64,000 bases of DNA from Malacoraja senta. Lineage: Eukaryota. Below, in pieces: positions 12,632-25,364 of the stretch. A model generated the notes under the pieces. It saw only the letters and a program-made list of their open reading frames with translations, was not told the DNA's origin and did no database searches. The stretch covers positions 6,202,001 to 6,266,000 of the forward strand of contig CM075998.1 in assembly GCA_038087875.1 (NCBI GenBank), read 5' to 3'. Every line of letters starts with the position of its first letter. Within the stretch, counting starts at the first letter, position 1. The translations under genes were made by a program, and so were the position numbers.

Positions 12632-15600
12632 CCTTATCTATGACCATGAGAAGGAACCAGTCATCTCACCAGGAGATCTTTTTGTTTTACCCCGGCCTGT
12701 AGTGCGAAGTATTCCAACCGTTGAAGTGTTCTGACTTCCCATTGATCCGTGTGGGCTGCAGTCGCACGGGCCCTGCCTGTTCACAGACCCTAGCGACTGA
12801 CCTTTGCTAGCACGGGGAGTGCGAGTCAGCTGGGTGTCTGCACAGGCCATCACCCTTGTGTCCGATTCTGCTCCGTCTCAGCAGGTACAAGGTGCTTGCT
12901 GCCCTGGGGTTTCTGGAGAGAGACTAGGGCTGCCAGTTGTGGATACTGAGTTGGATGATCAGCCATGATCGTATTGAATGGCGGTGCAGGCTCGAAGGGC
13001 CGAATGGCCTACTCCTGCACCTATTTGCTATGTATCTATGTATCTATGTAACTGATGGCCATTCAATAACAGCCTAATCTTCTGACTAGTTAAAGCACAT
13101 GTTTCATGAGTTCATAAGATGAAGGAGCAGAATTGGGCCATTCGGCCCATCAAGTCCACTCCACCATTGATCTAACTCTCCCTATCAACCCCATTCTCCT
13201 GCCTTCTCCCACAACCCCTGAAGCCCGTACGAATCAACAATCTGTCAATTTGCACCTTAAAAATGCCCAATAAATTGGGCTTCACAGCCGTCTGTGGCGA
13301 TGAATTCCACAGATTCACCACCCTCTGACGAAAAAAATTCCTCCTCATCTCCTTTCCGAAGCTGCGTCCTTTTATTCTGAGGCCGTGCCCTCTGGTCGTA
13401 GACTCTTGTAATGTAAAAAACTGTAGTAATGATATTTCGTTCAAGCCTAGGTTTGAATGACAATAAATAGCATTCTATTCTATTCCCACCAGTGGACACA
13501 TCCCCTCCACCTCCATTCTATCTCGATTTCCCAAATCAGTGGTGCAGCGGGTAGTGCTGCTGCATTCCAGCGCCAGACACCCAGGTTCGATCCTGACCTC
13601 TGGTGGTGTCCATGTGGAGTTTGCACGTTCTCCCTGTGACTGCGTGGGTTCTCCCGGGTGCTCCGGTTTCCTCCCACATCCCAAAGACGTGCGGGTTTGT
13701 AGGTTAATTGGCCCTCTGTAAATTGGCCCCTAGTGTGCAGGGAGGGGTAGAAGGTGGGGCGCGTCGTGCTGGGAATGGAGGGGGAGGTGATTACGGTAAT
13801 ATTGGTGGATGATGGGATAGACTTGGCAGGCCGCACAGTTTGCATGTAGTTACTGAATATGTACAACTGGAACCCCCTGAGGATTTAGCAGGCAACCATT
13901 GACGTCTGTGTGCTCAGCTCTGCAGTGCCCTCCCTCAACCTGTCTGCCTTTCCTTCCTCCTTTAAAGCGTTGCCTCTCTGTACATCTGCTGGACCCTCCT
14001 GTGAAGTGTGAGAACGATGTAGGTGCTAGATCAATGCAGGCTGCTTCTTTCAATCCAAGCGTCGAGCTTGCACGTGGGGCTTGGCTGAGAGCGAACACAA
14101 GTTTTGTTTCACTTTAGTTTAGAGATACAGCTCTGAACTGAAACTGAAACTGAGACAGCGCGGAAACAGGCCCTTCGGCCCACCGAGTCCGCACCAACCA
14201 GTGATCCTCGCACACGAGCAGTATCTTACACACACACACACTCAGGACAATTTACATTTACATCAAGCCACAAACCTGCACGTCTTTGGAGTGTGGGAGG
14301 AAACCGAAGTTCTCGGAGAAAACCCACGGGGAGAAGGTACAAACTCCGTACAGACGGCACCCGTAGTCAGGATTGAACCTGGGTCTCTGGCAATGCAAGC
14401 GCTGTAAGGCAGCAACTCTACCACTGCGCCACCGTGCTGCCCACGCTGCACACTGGAGCTGGACAGAAGGCACTGTGGGAGCTTTGTTAAACTCAGGAGC
14501 TGGGCTGGGAGTGAGTGAACTCTGCTCAAGGCGTTCCAACACAAACCTGCACTGCCACCCAGATTAATTCAGCTGCCTTCGGCTGCCCTGGACACCATCT
14601 TGCACTGAATGTTATTCACCTTATAACCTTCAGCCTGGAAAGGGACTGAACACGAGGGCCTGAGCCACGGGGAGAGGCTGGGCAGGTTACGACTCTATTC
14701 CTTGGAGCGCAGGAGGATGAGGGGTGATCTTATAGCGGTGTATAAAATCATGAGAGGAATAGATCGGGTAGATGCACAGAGTCTCTTGCCCAGAGTAGGG
14801 GAATCGAGGACCAGAGGACATAGGCTTAAGGTGAAGGGGAAAAGATTTAATCAGAATCTGAGGGTATCTTTTTGACACAAAGGGTGGTGGGTGTATGGAA
14901 CAAGCTGCCAGAGGAGGTAGTTGAGGCTGGGACTATCCCAACGTTTAAAACACAGTTAGACAGGTACATGGATAGGACAGGGTTAGAGGGATATGGACCA
15001 AATGTTGGCTGGTGGGACTATTGTAGCTGGGACATGTTAACCGGTGTGGGCAAATTGGGCCGAAGGGCCTGTTTCCACACTGTGTCACTCTCTGTATCTG
15101 TACCCTGTGGACAGCTCGACTGTAATCATGTATTGTCTTTCTGCTGACTGGTTAGCACAGAAACAAAAGCTTTTCACTGTACCTCGGTACACGTGACAAT
15201 AAACTAAAGTATAAGTGTTTGATGCAACCCCTAGACTAAGCCAAACGGTGGGCTTGAAGTGGGTTTGAAGAGAACTTCAAACGCATTGCAGTCCGCCTGC
15301 GTTCACAACACTTTTCATTTGTCTTCGAAAAGAACAAAGAAAAAGCCCCGGTTCTGGCTGCTTTTGTTACTCATGCCCTGGAACGCTGTGAAATGTGAAC
15401 GGTGTGTGGGCTAACGGTGGCCCCCCTCCCCCTCCCCCACCCCCCCCCACCCCCCCCCTTCCCTCCACCACAAACCAGACAGGAAATGATGCTATTTGCA
15501 TTATTAGACCATTTTGAAAGTCTCGCTCCTGAAACGGAGGAAATGTTCATTCTTCTCTTTCGTGAGTTTGGAGGTTGTTGAGACTAGTTGTGAGAGGGGC

Positions 15601-15750
15601 CCGAAGGTGGTAATTGTCCCTCTCTCATATCCCACCGTTCCCCACCCTCTCCCCTGTCCTTTTAAAGAAAATAAGAACAATGAATAAATCTCCACGCACT
15701 GAGGGAAGCCGGATTGTTCCATGAGCCTCATTGCTCATATTTTGCTTCAG

Positions 15751-16278
15751 CAGCTTATAACCCGGCGATATTAATATTGACTTCTCTCATTTCATGTCAC
15801 CCTGGCAACCCCTTTCTCTCTCTCCGTCCCTCCCCCACCCGAGTCGTCGTACTAGTTTCACTGTCATCCTGGTAAGTTTCATAGTCTGCACAACTCGTTA
15901 TCACCTAGCCCACAGCCAACAACGGACCATTGTGGGCTCCACCTTTCCTTGACCATCGTTACATTTTTTGCATATCATTCATTCATTTGTTCTATATCTC
16001 TTTATAGTTTAGTTTAGCGAAACAGGCCCTTCGGCCCACCAAGTCCGCACCGACCAGCGATCCCTGCACACTATCCTACACACGAGAGACAATCTTACAT
16101 TTATACCAAGACAATTAACCTACAAACATGTATGTCTACATCACCGTCTATATCTCTCGTTTCCCTTTCCCCTGACTCTCGGTCTGAAGAAGGGTCTCGA
16201 CCTGAAACGTCACCCATTCCTTCTCTCCACAGATGCTGCCTGTCCCGCTGAGTTACTCCAGCATTTTGTGTCTATCTT
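15751..16278 (+). mobile_element. Penelope-like 3' end (interrupted by a SINE piece) with hammerhead motif
   Basis: Degenerate endonuclease end, 3' UTR, hammerhead core at 16181-16214. Confidence 0.7.
16181..16214 (+). ncRNA. Putative minimal type-I hammerhead ribozyme
   Basis: GGU-CUGAAGA-A-GGGU(CUCG)ACCU-GAAA-CG-UC^ACC: both core boxes, 4-bp stem II, 3-bp stem I, palindromic ACGU in place of stem III. Activity untested. Confidence 0.6.
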
Positions 16279-18143
16279 TTGTTCATTGAGAAGTTAGCCC
16301 TGTGCCTCTGCCTGATTTCCTGCAGCCCTGCAAACATTTTCCTCATCGAGACTCCATCCAACATCTCTTTGGAAGTTGCTATCAAAACTCCTTCCCCCAC
16401 TCCCCCAGCCAGTGGCAAGCAATGTAGCCACCCCCTCCAAGGCAATCATCCCCTCCAAGAAGAGAGAATCTAACCACCTACCCATGACATACTATCTCCA
16501 AGCCCCCCAAGATAGACACAGAAAGCTGCAGTAACTCAGTGGGTCAGACAGCATCTCTGGAGTAAAGGAATCGTTGACGTTTTGGGTCGAGACCCTTCTT
16601 CCTTTTCTCCAGGGATGCTGTCTGACCCACTGAGTTGTGGACGTTGGGACTTTGTCTCTGGAACTGATGCGCTACAATGCTGAGAACTACAGTGCATTCT
16701 GCACTCTGTATCTTCATATGGTATAGGAGCAGAATGAGGCCATTTAGCCCATCAGGTCTACTCCACCATTCAATCGTAGCTGATCTATCTTTCCAACCTC
16801 ATTCTCCTGCCTTCTACCCATAACCTTTGGCAATCAATAATCTATCAATTTCCGCCTTAAAAATGTCCACTAACTTGGCCTTCACCGCCATCTGTGGTAA
16901 TTAATCCCACAGATTCACCACCCTCTGACTAAAGAAATTCCTCCTCATCTCCTTTCTAAAGGTACGTCCTTTAATTCTGAGGCTGTGCCCTCTAGTCCTA
17001 GACTCTCCCACTGGTGGAAACATCCACTCTATCCAGGCCTTTCATTATTTGGTAAGTTTCAATGAAAAAGATCCTCCCCTTCGCTCTACCTATTGTGCTT
17101 GAGTTTGGCCTGATTGTACTGTATGTGTTATCTGATCTGGTTGAACATGGTGTAAAACAAAGCCTTTCACTGTAGCAATGATGAACTGAAACCTGAAATT
17201 GATTTTCCTCTCTTAATTACCTGGCGTGGGGGGGGGGGGGGTGAACAGAGGGGATACTCTGTAACTGTCGGTGCCCTTTACATGTCGACTATTTGCATAC
17301 CGTGGGTACGCAAGCAAAGAACTTCACTGTGTCTTGTCACATGTGACAATGAAGTATTTCGTCTTTAGTTTAGTTTAGCTGAATGACGGAGTGGACTTGA
17401 TGGGCCGAATGGCCTCATTCAGCTCCTATGACGTATGAACTTCGGAACTAATGAAGATGTAGGTATGAGCCATGGCTCAGTGCTGTTCATTGTGGGTGTA
17501 AGTCTTGCCCGGGAGGCCGGGGCACAAATATTTCAGCTGGCATTGTACTGAGGGGGTGCTGCACTCATCACGGGTGTTGTTAAACATGTTAGATGTTCAA
17601 CCAAGGCCCCATTCACACTCTGAGGTGGGAATAAACTATTGTAGCATTGTGAGATCTTGCCAGGCCCTGGACACTTTGGAAGGCTCTTTATCGGCGAAGG
17701 ATGTGCTAGGTGTTACAGCAATGCAACTCCTTCCTGTGCCACCCTGCTTCAATCAGTTACTTTGTTTCACTGAAGCAGATGGACTTCTGACTACCTTCCT
17801 GCATAGTCAACCTCTCCGCCCCGGAGCAACCTCTCGGGACCTCTCCCTCGGAAGGCGGCTAATTGCTCCCGGAACCCACTGATTTGGAAATCCCTTCCCT
17901 GCCCTGGTTTGACTTGTGGCGGGGCCGTCTGACCCTGGCCCGTGCTTTAGTTTAGTGTAGAGATACAGCGCAGAAACAGGCCCTTCGGCCCACTGAGTCC
18001 GTGCCGACCAGCGATCCCCGCACACTAACACTATCCTACACCCACTAGGGCCAATGTACAATTATACCAAGGCAATTAACCTAATTAACTCCGTACAGAC
18101 AACTCCCATGATCAGGATTGAACCTGGGTCTCTGGCGCTGTAA

Positions 18144-18468
18144 AGGGCCTGTCCCACTTATGCAACCTTACAGGCGACTGCCGGCACCCGTCATAGGTTG
18201 CCGAAATGTTCAACATGTTGAAAATTCAGCGGCTGCCAGAAAGACGCTGCGACTCTTTGGGGACCTCTCACGACCATAGGCTGTATGGTCATAAGAGGTC
18301 TCCTATGGTCGTGAGAGGTCCCCTGTCGCCTGTATGGTCGTGAGAGGTCTCCAAAGAGTCGTAGCGTCTTTCTGGTGGCCGCTGAATTTTCAACATGTTG
18401 AGCATTTCGGCGACCTATGATGGGTGCCGGCAGTCGCCTGTAAAGGTCGAGTAAGTTGGACAGGCCCT
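18144..18468. mobile_element. Foldback PIF/Harbinger-type MITE nested in a V-SINE
   Basis: TIR AGGGCCTGTCCCACTTA...TAAGTTGGACAGGCCCT; arms pair over most of the length; exact TAA TSD in SINE context GCGCTG-TAA-GGCAGC. Confidence 0.88.
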
Positions 18469-20473
18469 TAAGGCAGCAACTCTACCGCTGCGTCACCCCT
18501 ATCATGCTTGTGTTCAGCTCTGTGTAAAACTCAAAAGCCTGAGCTCATCGAGTTGTTAAGGTGCGAATGTGATCCGGTAAGCATTAGAACAAGGCCCTCG
18601 CCAGATGCCATCCAGCCAGACACTTGGCTTTGTATCCCTGCATGGGTTTATTCTCAGCAACTTCCCCATGGCATTCAGACTTTAGCCAGCGAGTATGTCT
18701 TAAAGTAACTTTTACCAAGATCCATTCAGTGGAAAAATGGGCAAGATATCCTGCAATATGACAGCGTCCAATATCCACAACATCTCTTGCCAAATCACGA
18801 GAGGAATAGATCGTGGTTGAGCAGGCTGGATCTCTATTCCATGGAGCGCAGGAGGATGAGGGGTGATCTTATAGAGGTGTACAAAATCATGAGGGGAATA
18901 GATCGGGTAGATGCACAGAGTCTCTTGCCCAGAGTAGGGGAATCGAGGACCAGAGGACATAGGTTCAAGGTGAAGGAGAAAAGGATTTATAGGAATCTGA
19001 GGGGTAACTTTCTCACACAGAGGGTGGTGGGTGTATGGAACAAGCTGCCAGAGGAGGTAGTTGAGGCTGGGACTATCCCAACATTTAAGAAACAGTTAGA
19101 CAGGTACATGGGTAGGACAGGTTTGGAGGGATATGGACCAAACACAGGCAGGTGGGATTAGTGTAGCTGGGGCATGTGTGGGCAAGTTGGGCCGAAGGGC
19201 CTGTTTCAATGCTGTATCACTCTATGCCTCTCTGGTAATGTTAATCAATGCTGTGCAACAAAATGCAAGCCTCAAGCATTGTGGAGAGCAGCATGCTCAC
19301 AGCACCTCGCACCAGGCTTAATGGTTGAGGAAAAGTGGATTTTTTATTTTGTGGCTTTGTCTCCCATCTTGCAAGTAAACATAGGGCTGCACAGAAGTAG
19401 GTGTCCCATTGAACATAGCACTTCTTCCATGCGTGTCCACAGAACTCAGGACAGTACAGCACAGCAACAGGCCCTTCGGCCCACACGGTTTCTGTCGAAC
19501 ATGATGCCAAGACCAACTCTTATCTGCCTGCACATATCCCATATCCCTCCATTCCCTGCATATCCATATGCCCATCCAAAGGTGTTTTACATGCCTCTAT
19601 TGTATCTGCCCTGTGCCGTTTGTTCCAGGTACTCACCACTCTCCATGTTAAAAACTTACATGCCCTCTTTTTCCACCTGGGGAAAGGTTCTGACTGTCTA
19701 CTCTGTCTATACCTCTCATAATTGTACATACTTCTCTCAGGTCTCCCTGTAATGTCTGGCTTTCCATCCAAGTCTGTCCAACCTCTCCCTGGAGCTATCA
19801 CCCCCTAATCCAGGTATAATTCTGATAAACCTCCTCTGCACCCTTACCAAAGCCTCCTGTAATGGGGGCAACCAGAACTGCACGCAATACTCCAAATGTG
19901 GCTTAACCAACATCCCAGAGAGCTGCTTCGTGACTTCCTGACGCTTATAGTCAGTGCCCCGACCTATGTACCTGTCTAACTGTTTCTTAAATGTGAGATA
20001 GTCCCAGCCTCAACTACCTCCTCTGGCAGCTTTTCCCCTTCACCATAAACCTATGTCGTCTGGTCCTCGATTCCCCTATTCTGGGCAAGAGACTCTGTGC
20101 GTCTACCCGATCTGACACCTCTTCTTCTGCTTCCTCTTCACCCTTGTGCTTTCCCTTCTGCCTTTCTTGAAAGGCTGATGAAGCAAAAGGGCTGCTGCTG
20201 ACAGCAGCAGATGTACTTTTAGTAACATCCACCTAACTTGTTCCATCTAACTTGTTCCTTCCCTGTTCTCATGGTTCAGAATGATTTTTCTTTTAAACCT
20301 GGGAGGCTTTTATTGTAAGAAAAGGAAACTTAATCGCCAGAACATAGAAGAAGCTCGACTTTCGACCATTAGGGAGAGTGACAAAAACCTCCGGGAACCT
20401 CACGGAAACCTTGGGTGGGGCGCAAGGTCTCCAGAGGTTTCCGTTCAGGTTTCCTAAGTGGGACAGGGGCTTT

Positions 20474-21100
20474 ACTCAGCAGGTCAGGCAGCATCTGTGG
20501 AGAACATGGATAGGTGACGTTTCACAGAGTGCTGGAGTAACTCAGCGGGTCAGGCAGCATCTGTGGAGAACATGGATAGGTGACGTTTCCCAGAGTGCTG
20601 GAGTAACTCAGCGGGTCAGGCAGCATCTGTGGAGAACATGGATAGGTGACGTTTCACAGAGTGCTGGAGTAACTCAGCGGGTCAGGCAGCATCTGTGGAG
20701 CGAAGGAAATGGGCAACCTTTCGGGCCGAAACCCTGAAGGAAATAGGCAACGTTTCGGGCCGAAACCCGGAAGGGTTTCGGGCCGAAACGTTGCCTATTT
20801 CCTTCGCTCCATAGATGCTGCCGGAACATGGATAGGTGACATTTCACAGAGTGCTGGAGTAACTCAGCGGGTCAGGCAGCATCTGTGGAGAACATGGATA
20901 GGTGACGTTTCACAGAGTGCTGGAGTAACTCAGCGGGTCAGGCAGCATCTGTGGAGAACATGGATAGGTGACGTTTCACAGAGTGCTGGAGTAACTCAGC
21001 GGGTCAGGCAGCATCTGTGGAGAACATGGATAGGTGACGTTTCACAGAGTGCTGGAGTAACTCAGCGGGTCAGGCAGCATCTGTGGAGAACATGGAGAGG
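20474..21100 (-). repeat. Composite PLE-derived tandem array (about 7 x 66 bp with embedded 34-bp-unit palindrome)
   Basis: Unit GAGTGCTGGAGTAACTCAGCGGGTCAGGCAGCATCTGTGGAGAACATGGATAGGTGACGTTTCACA; insert at about 20700-20822. Confidence 0.9.
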
Positions 21101-21522
21101 TGTCTGTTTGGGTCAGGACCTGTTTTCAGATTGATTGATTCCCGACCTAAAACATCACCTATGCATCTTTAGACTTTAGAGATACAGCGTAGAAACATGT
21201 CCACGCCGACCCTGGAGACTAGCACCATCCTACTAGGGACAATCTACAATTTACCGAAGCCAATTAGCCTACAAACCTGCACGTCTTTGCAATGTGGGAG
21301 GAAACCAGAGCACCCGAAGAAAACCCACGCAGGTCAGGATTGTACCCGGGTGTCTGGTGCTGTAGGGCAGCGACTCATCCGCTGGGCAACCTGAAGAGCT
21401 TCTCCAGAACCATGTTCTCTGGGGCCTGTACTGGGCTTTACCCTTTATCCTGTATCAGAACACTGTGGACGGACTGATTGTAATCATGTATCATCCAGCC
21501 TGGACAGGCTAAACTAAACTAA

Positions 21523-21958
21523 GATGCTGCCTGACCCGCTGAGTTACTCCAGCACTCTGTGAAACGTCACCTATCCATGTTCTCCACAGTTGCTGCCTGA
21601 CCCGCTGAGTTACTCCAGCACTCTGTGAAACGTCACCTATCCATGTTCTCCACAGATGCTGCCTGACCCGCTGAGTTACTCCAGCACCTTTGTGTCTGTT
21701 TTGTTAAACCAGTACCTGCAGATCCTTGGATACACACAAAATGCTGGAGTTACTCAGCGGGACAGGCAGCATCTGTGTGAAAAGGAATTGGTGGCGTTTC
21801 AGGTCGAGACCCTTCTTCAGACTGAGGTCAGTCTGAAGAAGTGGCTCAACCTGAAACATCACCCATTCCTTCTATCCAGAGATGCTGCCTGTCCCGCTGA
21901 GTTACTCCAGCATGTTGTATCTATCTTTGGTGTAAACCAGCGCCTGCAGTTCCTTACT
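21523..21958. mobile_element. Cluster of PLE-derived 66-bp units plus a palindromic pLTR-like element
   Basis: About 2.5 units in opposite orientation to 20474-21100, then inverted arms centred near 21825 (CTTCAGACTGA GG TCAGTCTGAAG). Confidence 0.75.
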
Positions 21959-22727
21959 TCTATATTGAGGATTAATTGCCGGACTATTGTTGTGGGTGAA
22001 GTTTTGATTTCATTGATTTATTGAGCATCAGGTTGTGTCTAGAATGGCCATTTGACCCATTAGCCTGGGTGGCAGGTCAGAAATACAGCCGTGTTTTTCA
22101 ATGGTTTGATTGGTCTTCATTGGCATGCGCAGCGCAGTGAAATTCATTAGCTCATAAATGACAGGAGCAGAATTAGGCCACTCGGCCCATCAAGTCTACT
22201 CCGCCATTCAATCTTTCCCTCTCAACCCCATTCTCCTGCCTTCTCCCCATAACCCCTGACACCCGTACTGATCAAGAATCTATCAATCTCTGCCTTAAAT
22301 ATATCCACTGACTTGGCCTCCACGGCCGTCTGTGGCAATGAATTCCACAGATTCACCACCCTCTGACTAAAGAAATTCCTCCTCATCTCCTTCCTAAAGG
22401 AATGTCCTTTAATTCTGAGGCTGTGCCCTCTGGTCCTAGACTCTCCCACTAGTGGAAACATCCTCTCCACATCAACTCTACCCAGGCCTTTCACTATTCA
22501 CCACAAATGCACAGTCGCCATATTTTAGCGCCATTTGCAAAGCCAAGACAAAACTGTCCAAAGTCCGGTCCGGTCTCCCCCCCTGATCCAGGTAAGCCCC
22601 AGGCTGGTGCAGGGCGGTGACCCCCCTCTCCCCTACTGAGCGCCTCCATGCCAGTGGGGCTCCCGCAGTGCCTTGGAGTTTGCGTTGTGTCCCGAGGAAA
22701 TGCCACTGGGAACTGAGAAGGGCAGTC

Positions 22728-23035
22728 ACGGTGGGGTGTACAGCGGTAGAGTTGCTGCCTTATAGCGAATGCAGCGCCGGAGACCCGGGTTCCATCCCGA
22801 CTACGGGCGCTGTCTGTACGGAGTTTGTACCTTCTCCCCGTGACCTGCGTGGGTTTTCTCCGGGTGCTCCGGTTTCCTCCCACATTCCAAAGACGTGCAG
22901 GTTTGTAGGTTAATTGGCTTGGTATTAGTGTCAATTGTCCCTAGTGTGTGTAGCGTTAGTGTGCAGGGACCGCTGGTCGGTGCGGACTCAGTGGGCCGAA
23001 GGGCCTGTTTCCGTGCTGTATCTCTAAACGAAACT
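22728..23035 (+). mobile_element. V-SINE ending just upstream of the exon-2 acceptor
   Basis: Full SINE body with TATAGCGAATGCAGC insert variant; tail ends about 35 nt before 23071. Confidence 0.85.
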
Positions 23036-23070
23036 CAACTGACGCAGGTCTCCTTTTGCTTCCTTTGCAG

Positions 23071-23154
23071 AATTCGATGAACCTGCCTCCAGATAAGGCA
23101 CGGCTCCTACGACAGTACGACAATGAGAAGAAGTGGGATCTCATCTGTGATCAG
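23071..23154 (+). CDS. FMNL3: Formin-like protein 3, internal exon (exon 2 equivalent), [31 protein letters not shown]
   Basis: Pyrimidine tract + TTTGCAG acceptor, 84 nt, GTACTT donor; peptide matches recalled FMNL3 ([27 protein letters not shown]). Confidence 0.95.
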
Positions 23155-23800
23155 GTACTTGGCCTCCAGCACAATCTAGCTACAAGGCGGAAATGCAGTG
23201 GTCTTGGCTGGGGAGGGGGCAACGGGAGGGGTGGGCACGGATTCCCTCTCTCCCTTGAGTAGAGATGGTCCTTCCCTTGTTGACCTTCCATTCCCAGACC
23301 ACGTTTACTCTGTGACATGAGATTTAAGTAGTTCAACATAGATTCATGAGTTCTGAAGCATAGAAACAGGCCTTTCGGCCCATCAAGTCCACACTGGCCA
23401 ATCAGGCAATCCTTTTTACACTAATCTTGCAGTATCCTCCTCACATTCCCACCAAGTGCCCACCAAGATTCTATCACTCCCCCGGACTCTATGAAAACCA
23501 GGTCAAAGGCACTTTGCGAGTGATTTAAATCCACAACGTCCTCCCTCTTTCTCCCTCCACAGATGCTGCCTGATCTGCTGAGCCTTTCCAGCATTTGTTT
23601 CGATCAGATCCCAGCTGATCCCCTTTGTTGCTCGATCCCATATCCCACGATTTCCTTTGTGTCCAAATATCTCTGGCCTCCCTGTCCATCGCTACCCAGG
23701 GTAAACAACGCGAAATGTTCCATAAATCTGTCCATCACGTGTGAATCTATCCAATATTTTGTGCTTGTATCTGACTGACCGTTTCTGTCTGTGTGAGCAG

Positions 23801-23881
23801 GAACGATTTCAGGTGAAGAACCCTCCACACACGTACATCCAGAAACTCAAGAGCTATCTCGACCCAGGAGTCACCAGGAAG
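23801..23881 (+). CDS. FMNL3: FMNL3 exon 3 equivalent: [27 protein letters not shown]
   Basis: GAGCAG acceptor, 81 nt, GTAAAT donor; phase 0-0, in frame with previous exon. Confidence 0.95.
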
Positions 23882-24194
23882 GTAAATGAAACTATGATTA
23901 AACGTAACCTCTGAAAGACTTTATGGGGAAGGGAAAGATATCTGAGTATCACTTCAATGCATGGACAAGGCATCCTTAGGAATAACTCAGGCCTAGTGGT
24001 AGAGTTGCTGCCTCACAGCGCCAGAGACCCGGGTTCGATCCTGACCACGGGTGCTGTCTGTACGGAGTTTGTACGTTCTCTCTGTGACCTGCGTGGGTTT
24101 GCTCCGGGTGCTCCGGTTTCCTCCCACACTCCAAAGACGTGCAGGTTTATAGGTTAATTCGCTTTGGTAAAATTATGTGTAGGGTAGTGCTAGT

Positions 24195-24845
24195 CACGCA
24201 GGTCATAGGGAGAATGTACAAACTGTGTACGGACAGCACCCATAGTCAAGATCGAACCCGGGTCTCTGTCGCCATGAGGCAGCAACTCCACCCCTGCACC
24301 ACCGTGCCGACTGAATTCTTGGAAGTTCCTGTCGGAACTGTATTGTGTGGGAAGGAACTGCAGGCACAGAGGCTGATTTAAACCAAAGATAGACACAAAA
24401 TTCTGGAGTAACTCAGCGGGACCCTTCTTCAGACTTCAGTCTCGACCTGAAACGTCACCCATTCCTTCTCTCTAGAGATGCTGCCTGACCCGCTGAGTTA
24501 CTCCAGCATTTTAGTGTCTATCTTTGGTACTAATCTTTCTAATGGTTATTGTCACCTATACACAGTACAGTGAAATCTCTTTGTGCAGCCCACAAATCCA
24601 CAGTCGCCATATTTCGGCACCGTTTACAAAGAAAGAAGAAAAAGTCCAAAGTCCAGTCGAACACCAATTTCCAAGCACCTGTTTTTGTTTTACCAGCATC
24701 CAATTCTAATTCCCCATCATCTTCTGAAGGACAGCCCTCCCTGCTGCACTCTGTGAAGCTTTGGACCCTCCCACTATTAAGCTGCTGAGCCCACGCATAA
24801 TGCAGTGATGGATCCTTCCTCATTATTGGAATGGCATGTTACATT
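24195..24845 (+). repeat. Direct duplicate of 29157-29796 inserted in a SINE
   Basis: Near-identical ~640-650 bp; flanked by 31-bp direct repeats 24164-24194 and 24844-24874. Confidence 0.92.
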
Positions 24846-25364
24846 GGTAAAATTATGTGTAGGATAGTGCTAGTGGTCAGCATGGACTCGGTGGGCCGAA
24901 GGGCCTGGTTCTGCGCAATATCGCGAAAGTCTAAAGTTAAAGAATAAACATTTGTGAGCATGCTGAAGCTGCTCTTCTACATTTGGGACAGTGAGGCGGA
25001 TGTTGTACGCGTTAATCTGAGACACTGCCTGCCTTCTCTGGGAAATTCAACCCAATGTCCTTGCCAGTTTGTATGTATACAGTTAACATCAATGAAAAGA
25101 AACGTAGCTGGTTAAATGTGTGTAGAAGGTGATGCCGTCGACTGCATGACGGGTGGGTGTAACCTAGGGACACGCTGGCACACATCAGACAGCTCCTCCT
25201 CTCGGGCAATGCCACTCTCTGTGTTACCCCTGCTGAGTTATTACTTGTTGCTTTCCCCTGTTCCACCTTGTCTCAGCTCCGGGAGAGAAGGAGAAACTAA
25301 GGGAGGAAATGCGGAAGGAAGAGGCGAGGGTAACAGCGATGAGTAGGATAGGGGAGGAAGTCGG

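Noticed and set aside
20709..21134. ORF starting MGNLSG, resembling the myristoylated FMNL3 N-terminus (MGNLES)
   Set aside because: Lies wholly in the PLE tandem array, is mirrored at 47552-47863, and lacks the rest of exon 1 (P-rich MPEP..LEERF). True exon 1 is not seen in the window.
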